From positions 1-54,668 of the IMG/VR virus record IMGVR_UViG_3300035181_002389: a DNA stretch of 54,668 nt; one strand, written 5' to 3'. A model generated the notes under the pieces. It saw only the letters and a list, made by a program, of their open reading frames with translations, was not told the DNA's origin and did not search any database. Within the stretch, counting starts at the first letter, position 1, and each line of letters opens with the position of its first letter. Below, piece after piece: positions 45,040-54,668 of this stretch. The translations under genes were made by a program, and so were the position numbers. The DNA is from a virus. Its lineage: Duplodnaviria > Caudoviricetes.

Positions 45040-47172
45040 TTAAACATTTCGTTCTAGTGGTAGGCGTTCGCAACATATATCCACTTTCCATTTGAAACGA
45101 TTTACAGGATTCCATTTTGTTCCATCAAATTGCATCCATGTGTCCCCATACGTACCATATTCAACATAAAGCATTTCATTAAGAACAGTGGAAGAGACTT
45201 CGTTAAACACACCATAATTCTGATCATACATGTATGTTGCTGATTTACCAGATACTTTAGAAAAGACAGCTAATCCATTATGATAGATATCGTATCCTTG
45301 AATAGTTATTGGATCACCAGGATTTGCTGTTGGTAGTGAAGTTGATTGGTCATCAAGCACTCTAACGTTTGGTCTAACATAGTCACGATATGCAAAACGA
45401 TTGATCCCTAACCATGGAGCAATTGAGACAATATATGGATTATCCTCAGATGGATCATGGAGAATTGTAAGTGAATCTACAACTAATGAACGTGTATCTG
45501 TCCATGTCATACCATCAAAAAATTCATATATAAGATTATCTGGAACATTGAGAAAGTGTTTTGTTTTATCTCTTCCTTGATCATTATCTGGATTAGTAAT
45601 TTCAGCAGATAAAAAAATCCCGTACATATACATACCAGAAGGCCATAAATTTCCTCTAAAACCATTTATTGTGCGTAATGTAACTCTAATAGTAAATCTA
45701 TACACACCTTCTTTTTTAATTTTTAGTGTTAAGCCACTTGAAGGATCTGACGCAGAATCTAACTCAATGGTAGAAGTATCTGATGAATTATTATACCAAT
45801 AAGATTCTACTGTCCAGGAATTATAATATTGGTTATCACCTGTTCCTAATTGAGAAAAACCATTAGACAGTGCAATAATGTTTAAAACTGGTGAACTTGC
45901 TCCACTACTTGGAGTAATATTAGCAATAGCATTATTTACATACGTTTCTGTAGCATAGCCAGTTAAAGCACTGGCTTCAAGTTTTGCATCTAGAGCAGCT
46001 TGAAGACCAGAAATATCGCTGATAGTGTGTGTATGAATTACGTTAGCTTTTTGGTTTTCTAAAAGAACGATTCTATTAAAATCATCATGGTGCAAGTAAC
46101 CATCGCTAGTTTCAGAAGCACGTGTTATTCCAATAATTGGAGCTGATGAAACTCCTGTATTTGTAATTGGCGCGTTTACACTAATCTGCTGAATTCCAGA
46201 ACTTCCAGTTACAGATGTAACATCTGTTTCCCAATCAAATGTTAATAGAACGCTGTTGTTGCTAGTGATAATACCTACACGAACATTCTTATAACTGCGT
46301 GGTTTAGTAATCGTTATTTGTCCTACATTATCACAGTATACTGGTTTACCAATGTCTGATTGCCCCCAGTTCCACTGCTCATTAACAACTATTTTACCTG
46401 CAGTAACAACTTCAATCGGTTCATTTTTAACAGCTGCAGTTGTAACAATACCGATTGGGGCTTTACTACTATCAGTATCAAGACCAAAACCTGATGCTTT
46501 ATCAACCAAAGAATCACCAATCATATACACTGTATCAAATGCTGCAAGTGAATTATTGGCAACTGCAACAAGCTGAGATCCCTCTAACTTTACAAGTGAT
46601 CCTGTGTCAATACTAGTAAGAGGAGTTTCACTTGTGAGAAATTCACTCATATCTGACGTTTTTAAAGCACCTCCAAGACCATCATGTAGAATATATCCTG
46701 TACTGAAACCTGGTTCTCCAGGAGCAGCATAAATTCCAACCTGTGAACCAATTGGTTCTGACTGAAGAATTCCACCTGAACTAATAGTAGCTGCAAAAAC
46801 GATAAGTACAACTTCCCACACAGAGCCATTCCAGCGTTTCATTCTGTTGGTTGTTATATCCCACCAAAGCTGTCCAATAACTGGTGTTGGTGCAGTATTT
46901 CCTGTCACAAACCGATAAGGTGATACTTCACGACGATAAGTACCAGTACGCCGATCAATTTCCCAATACAAATATTGGGTATTATTTCCAGAAAAAGGTC
47001 CCCACGCATTTTGAACTGAACGTGTTTCTGAGATCGTATAGTTAGCTGAACCAGATGCAGCAGTTGCCAAAATCGGTCGTTTATCTATAACAATATCAAC
47101 ACCACCATTTTCGTTAAGCTGGATAGAATTTGGCGGTAAAGCTATAAGACCTTGTCTAAATCTAATTTGCAT
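45040..47172 (-). CDS. Virion structural/fibre-like protein
   Basis: Beta-rich G/S/T composition; GQLWWD...WNGSVW and HTHTISDISGLQAALDAK fibre motifs; TAAATA at 47205-47210. Confidence 0.7.
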   Translation of the reverse strand: MQIRFRQGLIALPPNSIQLNENGGVDIVIDKRPILATAASGSANYTISETRSVQNAWGPFSGNNTQYLYWEIDRRTGTYRREVSPYRFVTGNTAPTPVIGQLWWDITTNRMKRWNGSVWEVVLIVFAATISSGGILQSEPIGSQVGIYAAPGEPGFSTGYILHDGLGGALKTSDMSEFLTSETPLTSIDTGSLVKLEGSQLVAVANNSLAAFDTVYMIGDSLVDKASGFGLDTDSSKAPIGIVTTAAVKNEPIEVVTAGKIVVNEQWNWGQSDIGKPVYCDNVGQITITKPRSYKNVRVGIITSNNSVLLTFDWETDVTSVTGSSGIQQISVNAPITNTGVSSAPIIGITRASETSDGYLHHDDFNRIVLLENQKANVIHTHTISDISGLQAALDAKLEASALTGYATETYVNNAIANITPSSGASSPVLNIIALSNGFSQLGTGDNQYYNSWTVESYWYNNSSDTSTIELDSASDPSSGLTLKIKKEGVYRFTIRVTLRTINGFRGNLWPSGMYMYGIFLSAEITNPDNDQGRDKTKHFLNVPDNLIYEFFDGMTWTDTRSLVVDSLTILHDPSEDNPYIVSIAPWLGINRFAYRDYVRPNVRVLDDQSTSLPTANPGDPITIQGYDIYHNGLAVFSKVSGKSATYMYDQNYGVFNEVSSTVLNEMLYVEYGTYGDTWMQFDGTKWNPVNRFKWKVDICCERLPLERNV

Positions 47173-47223
47173 TGTAACCTCATAATAAGTAAAGATAATG
47201 TTTATATTTATTCTTCATATAGT

Positions 47224-47249
47224 AAGGGGGCTAAAATTTTAGCCCCCTT
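47224..47249. terminator. Terminator hairpin ending the nrdA-nrdB-grx unit
   Basis: AAGGGGGCTAAAATTTTAGCCCCCTT is a perfect inverted repeat. Confidence 0.7.
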
Positions 47250-47272
47250 TTATTAAAGCACCGCTATCTTTA

Positions 47273-47518
47273 TTAACTTATCTGCTTTTTAAGAGCATCA
47301 AAACCACCAATAAGTTGGCCATCTTTAAAGATTTGTGGGACTGTTTTTGCACTTGGAACACGCTGCTTAAGCTGATCAACCGTCACGTAAGTCTTCTTTG
47401 GGTCTTTAACCTGACCGACATCAATAATGTACTCGGTAAAAGGTAATTTTAGAGATGTTAAAAGTGCTTTTGCTTGTTCACAGTAAGGACAATTAGGTTT
47501 TGAATAAATTTCGTACAT
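47273..47518 (-). CDS. nrdC: Glutaredoxin
   Basis: CPYC, TVPQIF, IGGF. Confidence 0.95.
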   Translation of the reverse strand: MYEIYSKPNCPYCEQAKALLTSLKLPFTEYIIDVGQVKDPKKTYVTVDQLKQRVPSAKTVPQIFKDGQLIGGFDALKKQIS

Positions 47519-47521
47519 AGT

Positions 47522-48607
47522 TTATAGCTCAGGAAGTTGTTCATAGTTGATATCGCTGCTTAGAGCACCAATTAAATACGCAACAGACTCATTTTCTTGA
47601 AGTGCTGTTTGAGTCTTGTTAGTATTCATATGCTTACCCATCCATGGAAGAGGAGCACTCTTGATGCCAGCATCATATTTAACGCCAATAGCTTTAAAGC
47701 GTTCCTGCGCGGTGTAGTCAACCTGTTCACACATGATCTTTTCATTCAAACCTAGCACAGTACCTTTTTGGAACTGATAATGCGCCCAAGCTTTTTCTTC
47801 AGCAACAACGCTTTCAAGCATATCCATTACTTCAGCCCTGCATTCAAAAGCCACTTCCTTAAATCGTGGATCATCCTTTACGTTTTGGTTGATCATCCAC
47901 GCAGTGGCGTCAGTATGAAGCAGCTCATCGGCAAGAATCAGACTAATAATATTCCCATTGCCAATGAAGATTTTATTTTCCACCATTCCAAGTGAAGTAC
48001 AGAATGAAACCATAAAGCGAATTGCTTCAAGTCCGTATGATGCAATAAGCGCCATGTACACAGCTTTTACCATCTTGTGCATATCAACCTGCACTCCTTG
48101 CTCTACCATGCAATTTAGATGGTGTAGATCAGAGTAGTATTTGTCGATACCACTCAACATGTTCACAATTTCTGACGTGTCATGAATCTGATTAAATTGC
48201 TCGCTGGGCATCTGATAGATGTTGCGAATAATGTGCGAGTACGACTCACTATGAATCTGCTCAAAAGCTGACCACCACAGTACCCAGGCTTCTGCTTCTG
48301 GAACTGAACAGACTGGTGTAAAGACTTGAACAGGAGCTCTACCTTGAATAGAATCAAGGGCTGTCTGACGAAGAAGATTTGATGTAAAAATAAACTTAGT
48401 TGCTTCATTTGCCTTTGAAAAGTCAATCTTGTCCTTAGTCAATGACACTTCATCAGGAATCCAAAAGTTGCCACGCTGTGTCTTTGTAAACTGTGCCAAT
48501 TTTGGATAAGCAAAGTCATCGTATCGTTGAATAGTGACTGACCCTTCTGGATCAAGAAACATCTTTCTTTGTCTATAGTTTGTATGCTTTGCAAAATCCA
48601 TTACCAT
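47522..48607 (-). CDS. nrdB: Ribonucleotide reductase class Ia beta subunit
   Basis: LDSIQGR, EQIHSESY, LEAIRF and DELLH ligands with the radical Tyr. Confidence 0.97.
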   Translation of the reverse strand: MVMDFAKHTNYRQRKMFLDPEGSVTIQRYDDFAYPKLAQFTKTQRGNFWIPDEVSLTKDKIDFSKANEATKFIFTSNLLRQTALDSIQGRAPVQVFTPVCSVPEAEAWVLWWSAFEQIHSESYSHIIRNIYQMPSEQFNQIHDTSEIVNMLSGIDKYYSDLHHLNCMVEQGVQVDMHKMVKAVYMALIASYGLEAIRFMVSFCTSLGMVENKIFIGNGNIISLILADELLHTDATAWMINQNVKDDPRFKEVAFECRAEVMDMLESVVAEEKAWAHYQFQKGTVLGLNEKIMCEQVDYTAQERFKAIGVKYDAGIKSAPLPWMGKHMNTNKTQTALQENESVAYLIGALSSDINYEQLPEL

Positions 48608-48740
48608 TTTACTTTATACCCTCAATTAAGAAAAATTAAAGTCACAGACTCATCAATTGTAAGCTTATTGAAGGGTGTTTAAAAACACACTTCAAATCAT
48701 TCTTGTAGTTAAGATAACAGGCCTATAACTTTTTCAGTGC

Positions 48741-51074
48741 TTATAGAACACATGACTCGCACGTTTGCTCTGATTCTGATTCAGGCTCTGGAATATTATT
48801 TTTGAAATCACCAATGTCTTTAACAGATTCCATAGCCGCCTGTTTCTCAACAAGAGCATAATACAAAGATTTGCCACCCCATTTATGGAAAAGCATGTGC
48901 GCTTTAATAACATCATTAATGTCAATCTTTCCGTCTGGATAGTTTCTTGGTGAGAAGAACATGTCAGTGGAAATGCCTTGATCAATGTACGCTTGAAGAA
49001 CTGCAGAGGTCTTTAGATACCCCAGACAATCTTTTTGTTGCCACAGAAGCTGATAGTAATTCTTCAACCGCTTGTATTCTGGAACAACCTGAATGATATC
49101 ACCACCTTTAGAACGCTTAGTAACTATCAGCTCTTTAGCAAGATTGATGCCATTCGTTGAATTAATGCAGACGCTTGAGCTTTCAACTGGAGCAATAGCA
49201 CCCCAAGTCGCATTGCGCACACCATACATCTTCATTTTTTCACGAAGCCCTTCCCAGTCTAAATCTTCTGATGGTGTAAAATCAGTCAGCTCATTAACTC
49301 CAGCAGCTCTTCGCTCCCATGGAAACACGCCTTTACCATACCAGGTGTTATCTGATTCTAGGCATTTGCCCTTTTCCTTAGCGAGGTCGACGCTCATTTC
49401 TGTTAGATAAAAGGCTTGATGCTCTATCCATCGTTTTACTTCTGCAAGAGCTTCAGCTTCACCATATTTTAACTTGCGCTTAGCATGCCAGTAAGCAAGA
49501 TTTGTAACTCCAATTCCAAGCGGTTCAAACTCCTTATTATGCATGAACGAATGAATGGATAAGAAATCTTGATACTGCAAAATGTTATGCAAGAAGCGGT
49601 GCAACAATCGCAGAGGGCGCCGCATATCTTCAGGATTACGAAACGCTCCCCAGTTGCAAGAGCCGAGCGTGCACAGGGCAATCCTCCCACTTGGATCATC
49701 AACAGTTTGAAATGGCTTCGTGGGAAGCATAATTTCTGTACAAAGATTGGTTTGATAGATCGGATGAACCTTAGTGTCAAATGATCCTTGGTTAGAAACA
49801 TTATCAATGTTAAGGATATAAATGCGCCCAGTTTCCATGCGCTCTGTCAAAATCCAATCCTTAAACACAGTTTCAGCTGGAACAACCTTCTTAGTTAAAT
49901 CCTTCTTGCTTTCATACTCAACATACAACTCTTCAAACAGTTTTGAATCAGAGTAGAAAGCTTCATAAAGATCAGGCACCTGATTTGGGTCAAAGAACGT
50001 AATGTTCCCACGCTCTTTAAAACGACGCCAAAAGAACGAGCTAAGCACCACGCAGTAGTCCAACTGTCTAACACGTGTTTCTTCTGTTCCTTTGTTGTTC
50101 TTTAGAACAATGTAGTCATCAAACTGGTAATGCCAAATAGGCATATTAATCGTGGCTGACGCGTTACGAATTCCGCCCTGTGAACAGGACCGCAAATCGC
50201 CATACCATTTCTTTAAAAATGGCAAAATGCCAGTATGCATCACTTCTCCACCACGAATTGGAGCGCCCAGAGGACGTAGCCGACCAATGTCCAGCCCAAT
50301 ACCAGCTCTCTTAGAAGCATAGTCAGCCATGATTTGCCCAGTAGCAAAAATAGATTTTAGTGTGTCGTCTGTCTTTAGAAGAACACATGAGCTAAACTGT
50401 TTAGTCTTTGTTCCCAAACCAGCAAGAACTGGTGTGGCTAGAGTGAACAGGCCATCAGAAGCTGCATTGTAAAAATCCTTTACCCACTTTAAACGATCTT
50501 TAGTTTCCACGTGAAATGCTGTTGCTGCGGCTATCATGTAACGAACCTGCGGTGTTTCGACAATTTTACCTGTGGCACGGTTCCTAACTAGATATTTGTC
50601 AACAAGCTGTTCAACAGCTGCAAATGTCATGAGCTCATCTTTAGAGTGATCAATGCAGTTGTTGAGATAATTCCAATCTTCTTCAGTATACCAATCAAGC
50701 AGTTCACTCGTGTATAAACCTAGTTCAATGTTCTTCTTAACAATTTCAAGTAAGTGAGGAGGTTGATAGGTACCATAAACGTCCTTGCGTAGCATGCTAA
50801 TGCGTTGCTTACCTGCCACGTACTGATAGTTGACGTTTCCATAAGGGTTAGATTCTTCATCAATGAGACCAACCATTGCTCGAAGTGCTATTTGATCAAG
50901 CTCAATTGTTGTCATTCCATTATAGAAATGAGGACTAGCGGCAATTTCAATCATTGAAGGTGATACATCTGCTACGCCCTCGCAAACTTTTGCGATTTGG
51001 GCTTGCCATTTTTGGAGTTGAAACAGTTCCTTTTGACCACTTCTTTTTGTGATATAAATCTCATTTTTTGTCAT
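48741..51074 (-). CDS. nrdA: Ribonucleotide reductase class Ia alpha subunit with ATP cone
   Basis: ITKRSG ATP cone, QFSSC, TNLCTEI, C-terminal CESCVL; ATG at 51074 (alternative TTG at 51092). Confidence 0.97.
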   Translation of the reverse strand: MTKNEIYITKRSGQKELFQLQKWQAQIAKVCEGVADVSPSMIEIAASPHFYNGMTTIELDQIALRAMVGLIDEESNPYGNVNYQYVAGKQRISMLRKDVYGTYQPPHLLEIVKKNIELGLYTSELLDWYTEEDWNYLNNCIDHSKDELMTFAAVEQLVDKYLVRNRATGKIVETPQVRYMIAAATAFHVETKDRLKWVKDFYNAASDGLFTLATPVLAGLGTKTKQFSSCVLLKTDDTLKSIFATGQIMADYASKRAGIGLDIGRLRPLGAPIRGGEVMHTGILPFLKKWYGDLRSCSQGGIRNASATINMPIWHYQFDDYIVLKNNKGTEETRVRQLDYCVVLSSFFWRRFKERGNITFFDPNQVPDLYEAFYSDSKLFEELYVEYESKKDLTKKVVPAETVFKDWILTERMETGRIYILNIDNVSNQGSFDTKVHPIYQTNLCTEIMLPTKPFQTVDDPSGRIALCTLGSCNWGAFRNPEDMRRPLRLLHRFLHNILQYQDFLSIHSFMHNKEFEPLGIGVTNLAYWHAKRKLKYGEAEALAEVKRWIEHQAFYLTEMSVDLAKEKGKCLESDNTWYGKGVFPWERRAAGVNELTDFTPSEDLDWEGLREKMKMYGVRNATWGAIAPVESSSVCINSTNGINLAKELIVTKRSKGGDIIQVVPEYKRLKNYYQLLWQQKDCLGYLKTSAVLQAYIDQGISTDMFFSPRNYPDGKIDINDVIKAHMLFHKWGGKSLYYALVEKQAAMESVKDIGDFKNNIPEPESESEQTCESCVL

Positions 51075-51110
51075 TTTTAGTATTTTCTCCAAGCTCTAAA
51101 ATCAACACAT

Positions 51111-51132
51111 TTTACAATATTAATATTGTAAA
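51111..51132. promoter_or_regulatory. 22-bp perfect palindrome upstream of nrdA
   Basis: TTTACAATATTAATATTGTAAA. Confidence 0.45.
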
Positions 51133-51190
51133 TACTTTGATGAGCAAATGTTTAGACAATAATAGACACCATTTAATGTCTATTAAAGGA

Positions 51191-51796
51191 TTAATTTTTA
51201 AGCTCGTTTAAAACAAATTGTGTAACCTCATCAATACGGCGCAACCAACCATTTAAAAAGACTCGTTGTGATGGATCTTTTTGAACAATAATCTGATAAA
51301 AATTTCTTCTAATATCTGATAAACGATTGATTATTTCTTCTTGCCCAATGTCGTTAATAGCAGCTAAGGTCATATCTCCAATAATACCATCTTCCTGGAC
51401 TCCTGCAGCTCTTTGAAGAAACTTACAAGCTCTGATAACTCCATGATTGACACAACCATCAAAATGCATGATGTTTAATGGACAATCTAGTTTATCACAA
51501 GAACCTGTATTCCAGTACTCACGTTCATAAATGTCAAGAGCACTTTGCAAATCTAAGTTTCTTACGTTAATTCCAGGATTGGCTCGTTGAGCTATACCGT
51601 ATTTTGTTTCACCACCACGATCTTGCGGAATATTTACATATCCCACCTTTCTACGTTGTTCACTAGTTTCAATCCTTCCTTGCTGTACATCTGGATCATC
51701 AGGATTCCAAAATGGTCCAACTTCATAAAGCATTGCATGATTGAATGCACATAGAAATACGTTATTTTCTTGCATGATAATATTCCATATATTCAT
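51191..51796 (-). CDS. GH108 lysozyme with peptidoglycan-binding domain (endolysin)
   Basis: DRGGETKYGI, FDGCVNHG, DGIIGDMTL, FLNGWLRR; TAAATA at 51806-51811. Confidence 0.9.
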   Translation of the reverse strand: MNIWNIIMQENNVFLCAFNHAMLYEVGPFWNPDDPDVQQGRIETSEQRRKVGYVNIPQDRGGETKYGIAQRANPGINVRNLDLQSALDIYEREYWNTGSCDKLDCPLNIMHFDGCVNHGVIRACKFLQRAAGVQEDGIIGDMTLAAINDIGQEEIINRLSDIRRNFYQIIVQKDPSQRVFLNGWLRRIDEVTQFVLNELKN

Positions 51797-51842
51797 ATAA
51801 TGGGATATTTATTCATGCCCCGGTGATGGAGTAAATTTCGGA

Positions 51843-52358
51843 TTACAATGAAAAGACATCACCAACTACCTTGTTATTGAGATATTTTCCAAGATCATGT
51901 GGGCCCACTACAACTGTTGATTGAATTTGTTTTTCAACGTTTAGCATAACTGGACCAACTGGACACACTAGCGCTGTACCCTTGTTAATCATTGGGTGAA
52001 CTAAAGCCATCTTATCAGTATAATCGATAACCATAATATCAAATGTGCGAAGCTTCATTTCATCAGGTGAAAATGCAAAAGCAGTGTGCTTGACCCCAGC
52101 GCATGATTGAATAGGAACAGTATCCAACTGATAGGTTTCTCGATCAGTAACTAGAATTTGCCATGTAGCCGGAACCCAAAACTCTGTGTTGTTAATACGA
52201 AGCTTGATAGCAGCACCTGATGTTTCTTCAAGATACGTGATGGGTTGAAGCATAAAGTCACACAAAGGACCGTTGAAAATCCAATTATACTTAATAACAA
52301 TTGGAGCAGTAAGAGAATCAATTAAATATGGTTTACCGTAATCTGCTAAAACTTGCAT
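51843..52358 (-). CDS. Conserved hypothetical protein following uvsW
   Basis: AAGGA RBS; coupled to the helicase gene. Confidence 0.75.
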   Translation of the reverse strand: MQVLADYGKPYLIDSLTAPIVIKYNWIFNGPLCDFMLQPITYLEETSGAAIKLRINNTEFWVPATWQILVTDRETYQLDTVPIQSCAGVKHTAFAFSPDEMKLRTFDIMVIDYTDKMALVHPMINKGTALVCPVGPVMLNVEKQIQSTVVVGPHDLGKYLNNKVVGDVFSL

Positions 52359-52361
52359 TGT

Positions 52362-53834
52362 TTATTCCTTTACTTTCAATACTTCTTTTTTTAGAATTGT
52401 GTATGAAGCATCCTTATAATACTTCTCTCGTTCTTTATAATGCTTTCGTGCCCATTTTAGCTTAGAGTGCACATCAACAACATGTACCGATTCCTTGTCA
52501 CGACCTAATCGTAAACCACGACCAATTGACTGAATAGCTTTAACGAATGATTTACCAGCATCAACAAGCATAAGATTAAATACCCGATCAATAGAAATAC
52601 CCGTTGATGCAATACCTGATGATGCGATAACAATTAAACCGTCATGTGTTTCAAACATCTCATAGTGCTCTTTGCGAAGATCCTTCGGTGATTCACCATA
52701 TAAAAATACTGCGTCCTTTATGAGCGCTGCAAGTTTCTCACCAAAAGGAATTGAATTTACAAGCACAAGAGTATTACCATGTTCAGCACACTTTGAAATA
52801 ATTAAGTCAGCAATCATCTCCATGCGACGCGTGCTCTTAGAGAGAAACGCGCGCTCAGCTGCATAATCCGGAAATTCTTCATGAACATACGTTTCATTTA
52901 ATTCTACAGGTTGAATTTCAATTTTAGCAAGAAACCCGTTCTTGATAAGCCATGATGCCGGAATAGTGCGAAGAATTGGCCCAATAGAAGCAATAAGGGA
53001 AAGCTGATCAGCCTCTGGTTTTGGAAATGTTCCAGTGACACCAAAACGAAATGGGATGTGTTTACCATTCTCATTGATAAGTTTTTGAGCGATCGCAGCC
53101 TTTATTCCATGCGCCTCATCCCAAATAAGTACTTGGAATTCTCTAAGAATAGATGGATTGTATTGAAGTGCCTGCCACGTAGCAACGACGTGGGTGTGTT
53201 CAATGTCTTTGCTATCCCCAGAGTACTCACCTACATCAAGTTGAAGCAGCTCATACCATTCTTTTGTTTGCGCGACAAGATCACCAGACGGGACGATAGT
53301 GATGATTTTGTAACCATGATTTCCATAAAAATAAGAAATAGCTGCGGTGATGGACGTTTTACCTGCACCAGTACCAGCAATGATAAATCCTGATCCAGCA
53401 TTGATAGCGTCATGCACGCACTGAAGCTGATACGGGCGAAGTTCAAACTTTTTTCCTGGACGAATCTCAATATCGCCCATAATATCGAGCCCTTCTGCTG
53501 CTACAGCAATTCCTTCGTCATCAGTGCGAGATATCTTACCAGTTACAGAAGGATTTTCCCAGACTCTACGTTCATCACGTAATTCAATTTCATACCCCCA
53601 TTTTTCAATGTATGGAAGAATTTGCTCAATGAGTCGAACATATGTTTTCCCAGTACGCTGGAAAAATCTGATGCGTCCATCCCACTGCCCCAATCGATAC
53701 TTCGGTTGGAAAAAATATCCGTCAACATGTGGTGCAAACGCATTCCACAATTGTTCAGTATGCTCTGTAGAAAGTCCAGTAAAATAACACCAAACCTCAT
53801 CCTTAACTGTTAGAAAACATTTCTTACCTGTCAT
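52362..53834 (-). CDS. uvsW: UvsW-like SF2 DNA helicase
   Basis: GQWDGRI, LRPYQ, GTGAGKT, DEAH, TGT, QSIGRGLR. Confidence 0.92.
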   Translation of the reverse strand: MTGKKCFLTVKDEVWCYFTGLSTEHTEQLWNAFAPHVDGYFFQPKYRLGQWDGRIRFFQRTGKTYVRLIEQILPYIEKWGYEIELRDERRVWENPSVTGKISRTDDEGIAVAAEGLDIMGDIEIRPGKKFELRPYQLQCVHDAINAGSGFIIAGTGAGKTSITAAISYFYGNHGYKIITIVPSGDLVAQTKEWYELLQLDVGEYSGDSKDIEHTHVVATWQALQYNPSILREFQVLIWDEAHGIKAAIAQKLINENGKHIPFRFGVTGTFPKPEADQLSLIASIGPILRTIPASWLIKNGFLAKIEIQPVELNETYVHEEFPDYAAERAFLSKSTRRMEMIADLIISKCAEHGNTLVLVNSIPFGEKLAALIKDAVFLYGESPKDLRKEHYEMFETHDGLIVIASSGIASTGISIDRVFNLMLVDAGKSFVKAIQSIGRGLRLGRDKESVHVVDVHSKLKWARKHYKEREKYYKDASYTILKKEVLKVKE

Positions 53835-54391
53835 TTTGAAAGCAACTTCACATAGAACACGCCATCACCCACGTCATTGTTTGGCACATAAGGAATAAAA
53901 TGACGCGTAATGTTAAGGTCTTGTATTAGTTTTTCCCAATTTACTTCGACGTGCGCATTTGATACCAATTGTATTGTGTTTATGAACTTACACAGTCCAA
54001 TCATCTCACGAGGCGTAATTGGGTTCTGTTCTCGCAACTCTAAATATGTATTATCTGGTAGTACTATTAGATAAACAACTGACGTGATTGGTTGTATTTG
54101 AAAGTTGGGTGTGGTTGTTGATAGAATGTTTGAACACTCTGTGGTTTGTGATGCCGCTTCAGTGTCAGTTATAAGTATTGTTGAAACATTAGCATATTCA
54201 TCATTATTAGAAAATGTTGGAATAGAACCTATAACAGTCATATTATCATCTGTAATACCTGAAACAGAACTGCCCATTATAGTTGTGTTCGTTGTGTAAT
54301 TAACTTGCTCAGATTTGGTCATATTAATGTTAGTGTTAGTTGTGTCAATCACAGAATTATCCATAATGCCAAAATTTTCATAATTGATCAT
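53831..54391 (-). CDS. Hypothetical protein with T/N/S-rich N-terminus
   Basis: ATGA overlaps on both sides. Confidence 0.6.
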   Translation of the reverse strand: MINYENFGIMDNSVIDTTNTNINMTKSEQVNYTTNTTIMGSSVSGITDDNMTVIGSIPTFSNNDEYANVSTILITDTEAASQTTECSNILSTTTPNFQIQPITSVVYLIVLPDNTYLELREQNPITPREMIGLCKFINTIQLVSNAHVEVNWEKLIQDLNITRHFIPYVPNNDVGDGVFYVKLLSK

Positions 54392-54668
54392 AAAATTGCA
54401 TCCTCCATCTCTGCGATGCGTAATTTAGTTATGTTCCCAAGCATCCATCCAAGCTGTTTAAGAGCATCAACGATTGAGAAGAGTTTGTTCTTGAGAAGTG
54501 AAACCTCAATAATGATCTGATTTAGATCAACAATATCCTTCTCACCAGCGATGTATGCTTGAATGTCTTTAGTTGACAATGCCTTAGAGTACCCTTCGTT
54601 GTACTTTTTCCACAGCTTAGCAACTCTTTTTTCTTTAAGATTAATCAACCATTCCTCAAGACTCTTTA
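54388..54668 (-). CDS. uvsY: UvsY-like recombination mediator (5' truncated by the window)
   Basis: KYNEGYSKALSTKDIQAYIAGE...GWMLGNITKLR; frame is open to the window end; lies upstream of uvsW. Confidence 0.75.
   Translation of the reverse strand, partial: KSLEEWLINLKEKRVAKLWKKYNEGYSKALSTKDIQAYIAGEKDIVDLNQIIIEVSLLKNKLFSIVDALKQLGWMLGNITKLRIAEMEDAIL

Noticed and set aside
47522-51092. Intron, intein or homing endonuclease in nrdA/nrdB
   Set aside because: Both ORFs are continuous and of normal length; the 133-bp gap holds only a hairpin (48668-48695).

Overview
A 54.7 kb piece of an AT-rich jumbo myophage genome (T4-like/Rak2-GAP32-type gene content) in the standard genetic code, with almost all genes on the minus strand. 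1-3.3 kb: late, probably virion-packaged proteins, including a likely ADP-ribosyltransferase. 3.4-31.8 kb: an accessory early region of many short sigma70-type transcription units built by repeated duplication. It holds 7 HEAT/LRV 22-aa-repeat proteins, 3 FGxxCx hexapeptide-repeat proteins, 5 CxxCxx Cys-rich proteins and several other paralog families. It also carries ClpP, an orphan type III Mod-like DNA methyltransferase, two intact tRNA-Ile(UAU) genes, tRNA-Asn and several decaying tRNA and gene copies. 32-54.7 kb: replication and nucleotide-metabolism core, with a Pol-beta nucleotidyltransferase, a two-gene miniature DnaE, clamp loader subunits, GroES, dCMP deaminase, UvrD, Acb1/gp57B, a holin-like protein, a GT2, a fibre-like protein, glutaredoxin, nrdB, nrdA, a GH108 lysozyme, UvsW and UvsY. 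The best candidates for new biology are the diversified repeat-protein arsenal, the recurring tRNA-Ile(UAU) plus Cys-rich gene module, and a GTTACAC promoter box at a fixed distance from the -10 element. All functional calls come from reading motifs by eye; no searches were run.
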